From contig JAWKSL010000002.1 in NCBI GenBank assembly GCA_041389085.1, positions 14,556 to 78,555 on the forward strand: DNA of 64,000 bases. The letters are read 5' to 3'. A program made the translations under genes and the position numbers. Each line of letters opens with the position of its first letter. Within the stretch, counting starts at the first letter, position 1. This document shows, piece by piece, positions 50,112 through 59,168 of this stretch. The notes below the pieces were generated by a model that was not told where the DNA came from, did no database searches, and saw only the letters and a list, made by a program, of their open reading frames with translations. The stretch comes from Minisyncoccota bacterium (GTDB taxonomy: Bacteria > Patescibacteriota > Minisyncoccia > UBA6257 > 1-14-0-10-44-23).

Positions 50112-50739
50112 TTAGCGTTTTCGAATGTAAGGCTTGACTGGTATGAGGAAACAAGACCCTATAAGGGAGATAGCGACTACTGCACCGATCAGGATTGGGA
50201 AGCCTTGGTTTGTCGCTATATACCCTCCGACTGCTGCAAAGGCTGCGCTGGTGATGTCGGTAAGAGTAAAGTAAACGCCCCACTCAACTCCTTCTTTTGC
50301 TCTGTCGATATGGCGGGTAAACATAGCCATGTAGGTAGGGAAGGTGAAGGCAGTGAAAATTCCGTAGATAAACTGCACGAGGTAAAGCTCTCCTGGGGTG
50401 TCGACGATGAGGTAGGTGAGTGGCATAAGGGAAATAAGGAAGGTAAAAACTATCATGAGCCAGAAGTCGTCTTTCTCGCCACGAATTTTGTCGATGATGT
50501 GAGCTATCGGAATTTGTAAAATGCTTTTGGTGAATAGGAAGATGGCAGCGGAAATTCCGGCTACTTCCGCGCTTCCGCCAACGATAAAGTCTTCAACAAA
50601 GAGTGCGAAGATAGGGCCTTAGGAGTCCTGAGGCACCGATGAGGATGGTGTCGGACATAATAAGGAAGCGCACTACGGGGTTTATATCGGCAAGGAAGTA
50701 GTGCATTTTTGATACTGCACGCTTTGTATGGTGGTTCAT
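50112..50739 (-). pseudogene. MFS transporter remnant: only about half a transporter, with a +1 frameshift
   Basis: MNHH...IMSDTILIGASGLL in one frame continues as GPIFALFVEDFIVGG...LIPVKPYIRKR in another. About 215 aa across 6 TM, against roughly 400 aa expected. Confidence 0.5.
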
Positions 50740-50776
50740 ATAGCTTCATTATAGGGCAGGTTTTACCCTGCCTAAA

Positions 50777-50980
50777 TTTAACGGCTCACAAACTCCAAGG
50801 AAGTACCGAATCGCGAAGTTTAACGGCTCACACGTACGTGTGAGCCGTTAAACTGGCTAGGCATCCCCAGTCTTGGCTGTCTTTCGCCCTTGCGGGCTCA
50901 AGACGAAGACTGAGAAGCCGTTAAAAGGATTGCCTAGAATGCAGTATTTATGCCTATTCTGTCCGTGTGAGCCGTTTAAC
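50777..50980. repeat. MITE-like element of about 205 bp bounded by 14-bp terminal inverted repeats (tttaacggctcaca / tgtgagccgtttaa). It contains the 36-bp palindrome gtttaacggctcacacgtacgtgtgagccgttaaac (50818..50853), also seen at 21832..21865.
   Basis: Direct sequence comparison; lies immediately upstream of tRNA-Ser(TGA). Confidence 0.55.
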
Positions 50981-51016
50981 TTGATTCTTATCTCTTAATT
51001 CTATATTCTAGTCCTA

Positions 51017-51107
51017 TTGGAGAGGTGGCTGAGTGGTCGAAGGCGGCTGTCTTGAAAACAGTTGGGGGTTCATAGCCTCCCGTGGGTTCGAATCCCACCC
51101 TCTCCGC
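51017..51107 (+). tRNA. tRNA-Ser (anticodon TGA), type II, CCA encoded
   Basis: Acceptor GGAGAGG/CCTCTCC, anticodon stem GCTGT/ACAGT with loop CTTGAAA, long variable arm, T arm GTGGGTTCGAATCCCAC. Confidence 0.9.
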
Positions 51108-51685
51108 CAAAGTCGAGATCCGAGCGCCCCTTGGGATCTGTTTTCTGTGGATAACTCATCTTGTATTAGCTTTTACTTTTTGTATAATATATATGAACGG
51201 TATGTTCTTTGAAATCAATTGTGTAGAAGTGGTTATTGCTTCGGAGATATAGATAGCTTAGCTTTAAGCTATTTGACGCCTCCTAGATTTGGGAGGGGAT
51301 TTCGCTCCTGGCATCCTTACTAGAGTCTCTCTAGAGTAGTAAGAGATGTCGAAGAGGGGCGATTTTAGGCAACAGAAGCATTTAAAAAAAATGATTGTTT
51401 GTCGGGACTACCCATAACTGCGGTTATTGGTACTACCGGAAGGTTGATCGAACTAATAACCGCGCGAATGGGTGTGTCCAAATATTATTATAAATATAAC
51501 CGTTCACCTTAATATAGAACTATCATGAAACACCTGATTAAAAGAACTGCACAACTGTACCTTCCGTATGACGGGGCGGCTGAATTAAAGCATGAAATTT
51601 TTCAGGGCTTTGTGAATACTACTTCAAGTAGTACGTATCCTGCGAGATTTGCTTTGCTAGCCGCCTCGTAGTTGTTTTTTATATT

Positions 51686-52012
51686 ATGTATTCTTTCCCA
51701 GAGTTGATTAAGAGAATTAGAAATGAGGCCAACCTTACACAGGTTGAATTTGCGAAGGCTCTAAATGTCTCAACTATCCTTGTTTCAATGGTCGAGACTG
51801 GCCAAAAGGAGGTTTCAAAGAAATTTCTTCTTCGACTTGCTGAGAGTTTAAATGTTCATCCGTCGTCTATTACCCCTTTTCTTTTTACTGAAGAAGGTGC
51901 TTCTATTGACCAACTTTCTACTATAGAAAGAAAATTTGTTGTGTGGGGTGAGAGAATGCAGGATTATTTAATACGAGATCGAGCACATCTTTTGCGCCAG
52001 TATGCGAATTAG
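51686..52012 (+). CDS. XRE-family helix-turn-helix protein
   Basis: ELIKRIRNEANLTQVEFAKALNVSTILVSMVETGQKEVS is the canonical Cro/C1-type HTH. Overlaps the RT gene by 11 nt. Confidence 0.7.
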   Translation: MYSFPELIKRIRNEANLTQVEFAKALNVSTILVSMVETGQKEVSKKFLLRLAESLNVHPSSITPFLFTEEGASIDQLSTIERKFVVWGERMQDYLIRDRAHLLRQYAN

Positions 52013-53003
52013 ACGGTACCCTAAGCTGGGGATAAGAAGCAAAAATGAGCTCGCAAAGCGCTTAAGTCACAAAAATTTTTCTACAAAAAATTCTCTTGCC
52101 CTTGTGAATGACGTTATTTCTAATTTCGATTTTTATTGGCATGACAATAAAAAGGAGTCAAATCCTCAAAAAAAGAAATATGTGCGCAGTGCAAAGTATA
52201 GCCCACTAGGAAAATTACTTACTAAAATTAACTCTAGAATTCTTGCTCCTTACGACAAGCTATTGCCAGGATTTATCTTTGGAGGCGTTCAGGGATTAAA
52301 CCATAAAGCGGCAGTGGCTTATCTCCTTGGGCAAAAAAGAAAGCGAGTTCTTTTGAAGGTGGATATCTCTAGGTTTTTTGAACAGATTAAAGATGAGAGG
52401 GTTTTCGATTTTTTTAAGCATAAGTGTGAATGTGGGGTGAGAGGGGCCAAGCTTTTAGCTAGTTTGTGTACCGTTCCCATTGGTCCTAAAAACTTTCCTA
52501 CGTCACATATCAGGACTATTGCTCGTGGCTTTGCTACGTCTCCTCGTCTCGCAATCTGGTGCAATTTAGACACTTTTATTAAACTTGACCGTCTTATTCG
52601 CACTGAATTGCGTGGTAAGGATCCGAGAATTGCAATTTATGTTGATGATATAGGCGTGACTGCAAGCAGAGTTTCAGTTGAGCAAATGGCTCTTCTTTAC
52701 AAAAAAATCGAAAAATTACTCCAGGAGGATAGAAATCAGGGCCTGCCACTTAATGCAGAGAAAACAAGAATAATAGAGCATACTGGGAAAACTTTTGACG
52801 GAAATGGTGTATTAATAACTAGTGAGTGGGGCTATGAGCACTTAGGGGCGCAAATGAAAAGAAATTCCTTAACGATTGGGAAAAAGACAAAAGCAAAATT
52901 AATTGATGTGACACAGAAGTGGGAGCGTGGTGAAGGTGGTATGCTGGTTAAGCTTCGTCGCAAAGCTTTATTGCGTCATAAGAGGTACATGGAGTCGGCT
53001 TAA
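52002..53003 (+). CDS. reverse transcriptase, 333 aa, RT domain only; retron-/Abi-/defence-associated type
   Basis: RT motifs in order: motif 1/2 YVRSAKYSPLGKLLTKINSRIL and PGFIFGGVQGLNHKAAVAY; motif A LLKVDISRFFEQI; motif B ARGFATSPRLAIWCN; motif C IAIYVDDIGV; motif D/E GLPLNAEKTRII. No maturase or endonuclease extension. Confidence 0.75.
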   Translation: MRIRRYPKLGIRSKNELAKRLSHKNFSTKNSLALVNDVISNFDFYWHDNKKESNPQKKKYVRSAKYSPLGKLLTKINSRILAPYDKLLPGFIFGGVQGLNHKAAVAYLLGQKRKRVLLKVDISRFFEQIKDERVFDFFKHKCECGVRGAKLLASLCTVPIGPKNFPTSHIRTIARGFATSPRLAIWCNLDTFIKLDRLIRTELRGKDPRIAIYVDDIGVTASRVSVEQMALLYKKIEKLLQEDRNQGLPLNAEKTRIIEHTGKTFDGNGVLITSEWGYEHLGAQMKRNSLTIGKKTKAKLIDVTQKWERGEGGMLVKLRRKALLRHKRYMESA

Positions 53004-53012
53004 TCAATACAA

Positions 53013-53040
53013 AAAAGGCCCTTGCGGGCCTTTTTAGTTT
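53013..53040. terminator. bidirectional terminator aaaaaaggcccttgcgggccttttt; the same hairpin recurs at 54475 and 55927
   Basis: Perfect hairpin with flanking A- and T-runs. Confidence 0.6.
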
Positions 53041-53162
53041 TCTTAGAGGTACTCGTTGATGGGACTTTGATTTTATTGTCAGTTTTAATAGCTGTGGTAG
53101 GATCTTTTTAGTTCATTTCACCCCGAAATTAGTTTCGGGTCAAACCACGAAAGTGAGGCACT

Positions 53163-54417
53163 ATGCGTACTGCACTTGCAGCTTTCCTTGTAGTTCTGTG
53201 TAGCCTTTGGGCTGCCGCAGCGGCTGTTGCCGATCCGGTGACGGTGCGTGTGAAGAGCAACGATGGCTCCTACTCATACGTGACGCGAGACCTTCCAGCT
53301 TCGAGCTGTGAGGTTTGGACCATCGATTTTCGGCGCGATGACGGAACGATTTGGGGCAGTGAATCTGCCCGGCCCGATCGCGCTGGCGTCGAAGATCGGG
53401 CAGCGAAGTACAACAACTTCCTGAGTTGGATCGGACAATCTCGGGAAGTCGAAGTCGAAGGAGCACTACAACAACCCCTCTCCTGCGTACTGTTCGGTTT
53501 TCAGTAGTGATACTGCAATGCTGGACAAGTTGCGTGGAGACGGGGAGGTGAATTTTCCATTCAAGACGTTGGCAAAAGCTCAGAATGAGGTCTTGGAAAG
53601 GATCCGAAACTATGTGGCAGGGGCAAGGACCTACTACGAGCAGTTCAAAGCTGCTCCCGGGCGGTCTTTCATGGAGTACGGGCGAGTCTTGGCTGACGGA
53701 ATGGCTAAGACGCAGAAGATTGAGCAGGAGCTGCTCACGCCCGCTCTGAGGTTGCCATTTGAGGTGATGAATCCCGATGGTTTTGCTCCTTTCCTAACTG
53801 GCATCGACGAGGAGGGTGTCACTTGGATGCGCTCTTGGGCTCGCGCAGTGCGAGCTGAGGAGCCGAGAATTCAGCAAGGGATTCGGACTATTCAGCAAGT
53901 GATGCGCGATAATCAAAAAGATGCACGCGAGAACTCTCGTGAGTATGACGCTGCAGTTGCTAGGATTGAGCGTCTTCGGCGCGACATCCGCAACGCCCGT
54001 GATCCTCGTATGATCGACATCCTTGAGAGGGATTTGGCGCGAGCCGAAGAGAAGCGTGACTACGCCATGGAAAGGCAATGGAGTTTTGATGAGCAGAGGG
54101 AGGCAAATGAAGAGCGAATCCGCAATCTGCGTGAGCGTGAGCTCGAGGTTCCCGAGAAGCTTTCGTTCATTCTTCAATTTTCCTACAGCTGTGGTTGCGC
54201 ACTGGAAGTGAGCGAGGTGTTTGAAGATGGCGATAGGGAGGGGGATGGTGTGGAGCGACTTAGCGATCGTTGCTCTGTATGTGGCGGTAGCGGTAAGGTT
54301 GATGTCATGGAGAACGGTGAGCTTTGGCGAGACTACATCAAGCGAATCCCAATCTCCGCGCGACCTCCGGCGCGGCGGATTACCTGCCCTGAGTGCGGTG
54401 GCACTGGCAAGCGGTGA
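53163..54417 (+). pseudogene. secreted protein with charged coiled-coil region and C-terminal DnaJ-type CxxCxGxG zinc-finger motifs, copy 1; frameshifted (split 53163..53507 and 53518..54417)
   Basis: N-terminal 45 aa are identical to copy 2. An insertion/duplication around 53400..53480 (KYNNF... versus EHYNNPSP) shifts the frame. C-terminus CSVCGGSGKV...CPECGGTGKR. Confidence 0.5.
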
Positions 54418-54474
54418 CCCACCTTGTGAGGCCTGGCGTTCTACGGAACGCCAGGCCTTTCGTTTTTTAATATC

Positions 54475-54765
54475 AAAAAAGGCCCTTGCGGGCCTTTTTA
54501 GTTTTCTTAGAGGTACTCGTTGATGGGACTTTGATTTTATTGTCAGTTTTAATAGCTGTGGTAGGATCTTTTTAGTTCATTTCACCCCGAAATTAGTTTC
54601 GGGTCAAACCACGAAAGTGAGGGCACTATGCGTACTGCACTTGCAGCTTTCCTTGTAGTTCTGTGTAGCCTTTGGGCTGCCGCAGCGGCTGTTGCCGATC
54701 CGGTGACGGTGCGTGTGAAGAGCAACGATGGCTCCTACTCATACGTGACGCGAGACCTCCCGGTC
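54475..54765 (+). repeat. about 290-bp near-identical direct repeat of 53013..53300, covering the terminator, the promoter region and the first about 45 codons
   Basis: Direct comparison. Both repeats include a truncated '...INEYL*' 3' gene end on the minus strand; an intact copy of that gene lies at 55967..56782. Confidence 0.8.
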
Positions 54766-55869
54766 TCAAGCTGTGTTCTCTGGACTGTCGACTTCCGTCG
54801 AGATGATGGAACAGTTTGGGGTAGCGAGTCTGACTCTGACAAGGCTAGGGTTGAAAAGAGGGCGGCAGCATCTCGCGCGTTTGTTAGTTTGATAGACGCT
54901 CTTGCGAAGTCTTCTTCACAAGAACACTATAACAACCCCTCTCCTATGTATTGCTCGGTTTTTAGTAGTGATACTAAGATCTTGGGTAAATTGGGTGGAG
55001 ATGGTGAGGGAAATTTTCCATTCAAGGTCTTTAGCAATGCCCGGGCCGATGTTCGTTCAAGAATTGTAAATTTTTCAACTGGCGTGCGAACTTACTACGA
55101 ACAGTTCAAGTCTGCTCCCGGGCGGTCTTTCATGGAGTATGGGCGCGCCTTGGTTGATGGAATGGCAAAGGTGCAGAAAATTGAGCAACAAATGCTGTCC
55201 CCATCTCTCAGCTTGCCGTTTGAGCTTACGAGCTCGAATGGCTTTGAGCCGTTCTTTATTGGACTCGACCGTGAGGGTACTGCGCGGATGCGTTCTTGGG
55301 CTCGTTCTATCCAAGGAGAGGAGGCGATCATCCAAAAGGAGATTGAGACTGTCCGGTGGGCAATGCGTGAAAACAAAAAGCTCGCCGGCCTCTACTCACG
55401 TGAGCATGATGTTGCGGTTGCGAAGATTGAGCGCCTTAGGCGCAGGCTGCGCTCGGAGCGCGATCCTGAAAGGATTGATGCTTTGAAGCAGGATTTAGAT
55501 CTCGCAATTGAAAAGCGTGATCGCGCTCTTGAGCGGCGCTGGGAGTTTGAACAGATTGAAGATGACGATGAGGAGAAGCTTTTCGATCTCCGTGCGCGCG
55601 AAGGTAAAATTCCTGATAGGCTTTCATTTGTTTCTAGTTTTGCTCGTAGCTGCGGCTTCGAGTTAGATGCTGAGACGGTCTTTGGTAGTCCCGACCCAGG
55701 TCAAGAAGCGAGCGGGGATAGTTGTCCTACCTGCAAAGGCACTGGACGAATTCATCCTCAACGTCGTTCTTCTTCGGACGATGCTCCTCCTGGCTCTAGT
55801 ACAGCCAGTCCTGCACTTTCGGAGTCTGGAGAAACTTGCCCCACATGCGGTGGCACTGGCAAGCGGTGA
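54628..55869 (+). CDS. secreted protein with charged coiled-coil region and two C-terminal CxxCxGxG zinc-finger motifs, copy 2, intact (413 aa)
   Basis: Signal peptide MRTALAAFLVVLCSLWAAAAAVA; ER/K-rich helical region; CPTCKGTGRI...CPTCGGTGKR. GC-rich. Confidence 0.55.
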   Translation: MRTALAAFLVVLCSLWAAAAAVADPVTVRVKSNDGSYSYVTRDLPVSSCVLWTVDFRRDDGTVWGSESDSDKARVEKRAAASRAFVSLIDALAKSSSQEHYNNPSPMYCSVFSSDTKILGKLGGDGEGNFPFKVFSNARADVRSRIVNFSTGVRTYYEQFKSAPGRSFMEYGRALVDGMAKVQKIEQQMLSPSLSLPFELTSSNGFEPFFIGLDREGTARMRSWARSIQGEEAIIQKEIETVRWAMRENKKLAGLYSREHDVAVAKIERLRRRLRSERDPERIDALKQDLDLAIEKRDRALERRWEFEQIEDDDEEKLFDLRAREGKIPDRLSFVSSFARSCGFELDAETVFGSPDPGQEASGDSCPTCKGTGRIHPQRRSSSDDAPPGSSTASPALSESGETCPTCGGTGKR

Positions 55870-55966
55870 CCCACCTTGTGAGGCCTGGCGTTCTACGGAA
55901 CGCCAGGCCTTTCGTTTTTTAATATCAAAAAAGGCCCTTGCGGGCCTTTTTAGTTTTCTTAGATTC

Positions 55967-56782
55967 TTAGAGGTACTCGTTGATGAGTTCTTCTATTGCT
56001 TCATTGAGGTAGTCGATTACGTCTTCTACTTCGTTGAAAGCTTGTGAGTAGTCGTTGTCGTCGAGCTCGTCCTCAGCATCGTCGAGTGCATCTTCTGCAT
56101 CTTCAAGTGAGTCTTCTGCATCGCGTACGTCTAGTCCGTAGTTGTCTGCATCATTTATCGCATCGTCTACGAAGTCGAGCATTTCTTCTGCAAAGTCGAT
56201 AGCGTCTTCAACAGCTGCTTCGTTTTTGCTGGTGCGTCCCTCTGTGTCTTCGATGTAGTCTTGAGTTAGCTCAGCTGCATCGCGAGCAAAGGTTGCTACA
56301 ACTTCTGCTTGGTAGTAGTCAGCGTCTCTGCGAGCGTCGTCTGCTTCATCTACCCAGTCCTGCGCGAAGTCCATTTGGTCTTCTGCAAGGTTGATCGCGT
56401 CGTTGAAGGTGTTCTCATCGTCTGCATCGTCTATCGCGTCTTCAAGGTCGTCGATAGCGTCTTCTGCATCTTCGATTGCATCTTCAGCAACTGCGTTGCT
56501 TGAGTTGTTGTATCCTGGCCCTACTGGAGTTACTACTGGTGGGTAGTAAGTAGGGTAGGTAGGATAGGTTGGATAATAGTTTTGGCTTTGAAGCGCTTGA
56601 ATTTGCGCCAAAAGCTGGTTGATCAACGCTTGAAGCTGTTGGATCTGCTCCTGCTCGTTTGAGTAGGTGTTGTAGGTAGGTGGGTATGCAACTATTGAAA
56701 GGGCTTGAGCTTTCCCTGCTGGAAGAGCAATAGAAAGAGCTGCCACTACCATCGCTGCAAACACTGATACTTTCTTAAACAT
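55967..56782 (-). CDS. secreted, extremely acidic repeat protein (EDAIDDAEDA-type repeats; PTY repeats)
   Basis: Signal peptide MFKKVSVFAAMVVAALSIALPAGKAQA, then YPTYPTY and a D/E/A-rich repetitive region. The 3' end lies inside the third copy of the repeat/terminator module. Confidence 0.5.
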   Translation of the reverse strand: MFKKVSVFAAMVVAALSIALPAGKAQALSIVAYPPTYNTYSNEQEQIQQLQALINQLLAQIQALQSQNYYPTYPTYPTYYPPVVTPVGPGYNNSSNAVAEDAIEDAEDAIDDLEDAIDDADDENTFNDAINLAEDQMDFAQDWVDEADDARRDADYYQAEVVATFARDAAELTQDYIEDTEGRTSKNEAAVEDAIDFAEEMLDFVDDAINDADNYGLDVRDAEDSLEDAEDALDDAEDELDDNDYSQAFNEVEDVIDYLNEAIEELINEYL

Positions 56783-56855
56783 TTTTATAAAATTAGTACT
56801 AATTTGTATTGGCCCCGATAATAACAGATATGCCCTCTTTTGGCAAGAAAAGGGC

Positions 56856-57863
56856 CTAATTTTGAGCAAAGTGTGGATTTACCATCTCAAACCTATTGTC
56901 GAGGCTAAATCGGCCGCCACGGGTGATAAATAGGGCTGAGAGCACGCCAAAGAGGGTAACGTGGCTGCTGACTTCTTCCCCAAAGTAGAAGAATGAGAGG
57001 GTAAGAACTATAAAGGTAACAGCGGTGACAAGCCGGGTGCGAAGCCCAAGGATAAGTGCTGTGCCAAGAACTACTTCGATAATGCCGGTAGCGAAGACCC
57101 ACATGTGTACGTCTACTGGAACTACATTCATAAGGCCGAAGTTTTTGATTACCATTTCGGTAACGTGTGGGTTGAGCATCTTTTCATAGATACCAAGAAA
57201 GACCATTGCTCCTCCAATGCCGACACGAAGAATAAGTGGGATGATTGAGCGGAAGCGCTGGAGGGCGGTAGTGATGTTTGGAATGTTGAGCAAGTCATCT
57301 ACGCCTGGTCGCTTGTGGTTGAGGAAAAGTAGTGCAACTGCCGCTGCGAGAACCTCAAAATTTCCAATTGCGTAGAAGTCTTTGGTGAGGGCAAATACGT
57401 AGAGCAAGATCGTGATTAAAATGACTGGTGCTATAAGTAGTCCGGCAAGCATAAAGAAGCCAAGAAGAATTTGGATAAGACCTAAGTACGTGTAGCCAGG
57501 AAAGGCAGGAGAAATAAGCCAGCCTCCGGTGCCTGCGCCGATAAGGGCGATACCAAGAGAGAGGCGCAAAATCCAGGGAATAAACTCTACGTAGTTGTCT
57601 GCTTTCTCACGGATAGTGGAAATTTCTTGCTTACAGAAGGGGATAACTTGCGCGATGATGAACAGGAGCGCTGCGACTGCTACCGTAGAGAGGATAAGCA
57701 CCATGTTGTGCGGCGAGTTGAACACTTCCATGAGAAACTGCTTGTCGCCTCCGAGCTGGCCGGTAAAATCGTTTTCTTCTACGAGGTAGCGGATGTGGGC
57801 AAAGGCCTTGAGGGGTAAAAATGCCGTAAAAATAGAGAGGAGTGTAAGGAACTTTTTGCGCAT
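56856..57863 (-). CDS. polytopic membrane protein, DoxX-like C-terminal half
   Basis: About 8 predicted TM helices; C-terminal part resembles the DoxX family. Confidence 0.45.
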   Translation of the reverse strand: MRKKFLTLLSIFTAFLPLKAFAHIRYLVEENDFTGQLGGDKQFLMEVFNSPHNMVLILSTVAVAALLFIIAQVIPFCKQEISTIREKADNYVEFIPWILRLSLGIALIGAGTGGWLISPAFPGYTYLGLIQILLGFFMLAGLLIAPVILITILLYVFALTKDFYAIGNFEVLAAAVALLFLNHKRPGVDDLLNIPNITTALQRFRSIIPLILRVGIGGAMVFLGIYEKMLNPHVTEMVIKNFGLMNVVPVDVHMWVFATGIIEVVLGTALILGLRTRLVTAVTFIVLTLSFFYFGEEVSSHVTLFGVLSALFITRGGRFSLDNRFEMVNPHFAQN

Positions 57864-57904
57864 ATAGTTTTTGTTTTTGGATTTGCTATTATTATCTCAC
57901 CTAT

Positions 57905-59164
57905 ATGGCAAAAAATACACCGTTTGAGAACTATCTTAAAAACTTAAAAAAAGCAGGAGCGCTTCTTTCTCTGACAGATGGGCAGTTTAAGGCGTTTCAG
58001 GAGAGCGAAAACATTTTTGAAAAAGAAATTGAGTTTGAGCTCGACAGTGGTGAGAAGAAAAAAGTGAATGCATACCGCGTACAACACAATAGTGCACGTG
58101 GTCCGTACAAAGGTGGAATTCGTTTTCACCAAGATGCGAATTTGGATGAAGTAAAAAGCCTTGCAAGTCTTATGAGTTTGAAGTGCGATGTTGTAGACAT
58201 TACACTTGGAGGTGGAAAGGGTGGTGTAGAAATTGACCCGAAAGGATTGAGTGCTTCTGAAATAGAGCGACTTTCACGCGCGTACTTTAGAGCAGGTGCA
58301 GAGGCGGGAATATTTGGCGTAGACAGAGACATTCCAGCTCCAGACGTAAACACGACGCCGCAGATAATGGGGTACATGCTCGATGAGTATGAAAAAGTCA
58401 TTGGTAAGAAAGAGCCAGGGGTAATAACGGGAAAGCCGCTTGAAATTGGTGGAAGTCGCGGACGCAGCTACTCTACCAGCCAGGGAGGATTTTATGTATT
58501 TGAATACTTAGCCAAGGAATACTTCGCCGGGAAAGTGCCTGCGGACATAACTGTTGCTATACAAGGATTTGGAAACGCAGGAGCAGAGTTTGCTCGTGTG
58601 CTTCACAGCCACGGCTACCGCGTAGTCGCTGTATCTGACTCTCGTGGTGGAGCGCACTGTGAAAACATGTGCGACATTTCTGCGCTTGAAAACACGAAGC
58701 GTGAAAAGGGCTCAGTAGCAGTAGAGAGTGCAGGAATTAGTATTATTACAAACGAGGAACTCCTTGCACTTGAAGTTGACGTGCTTGTACTCGCTGCTTT
58801 AGATGGTGTGGTACACGCTGACAATGCAGGTGCGGTACGCGCGAAAATGATACTTGAACTTGCGAATGGTCCGGTAACTGTGGAAGCTGACGACATTCTT
58901 CAGAAGAAGGGGATTGTGGTTGTGCCTGACATATTGGCAAACGCTGGGGGAGTAAGTGTGTCTTACTTTGAGTGGGTGCAAAACCGCAGTGGCGACCAGT
59001 GGGAAGAAGACTACGTAAACAACCGTTTGCAGAAGATGATGGAGAAGAGCGCTCAGGACGTTGTTGACTTAGCAAAGAAACACGCAAGCTCACTTCGAAT
59101 GGGTGCATTTGTTTTGGGAATGAGCAGAATAATGCGAGCGATGGAGCTTCGCGGAAGGAAATAG
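57905..59164 (+). CDS. gdhA: Glu/Leu/Phe/Val-family amino-acid dehydrogenase, most likely glutamate dehydrogenase
   Basis: Catalytic Lys block KCDVVDITLGGGKGG and the GFGNAG Rossmann motif; 419 aa. Confidence 0.85.
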   Translation: MAKNTPFENYLKNLKKAGALLSLTDGQFKAFQESENIFEKEIEFELDSGEKKKVNAYRVQHNSARGPYKGGIRFHQDANLDEVKSLASLMSLKCDVVDITLGGGKGGVEIDPKGLSASEIERLSRAYFRAGAEAGIFGVDRDIPAPDVNTTPQIMGYMLDEYEKVIGKKEPGVITGKPLEIGGSRGRSYSTSQGGFYVFEYLAKEYFAGKVPADITVAIQGFGNAGAEFARVLHSHGYRVVAVSDSRGGAHCENMCDISALENTKREKGSVAVESAGISIITNEELLALEVDVLVLAALDGVVHADNAGAVRAKMILELANGPVTVEADDILQKKGIVVVPDILANAGGVSVSYFEWVQNRSGDQWEEDYVNNRLQKMMEKSAQDVVDLAKKHASSLRMGAFVLGMSRIMRAMELRGRK

Positions 59165-59168
59165 TTTC

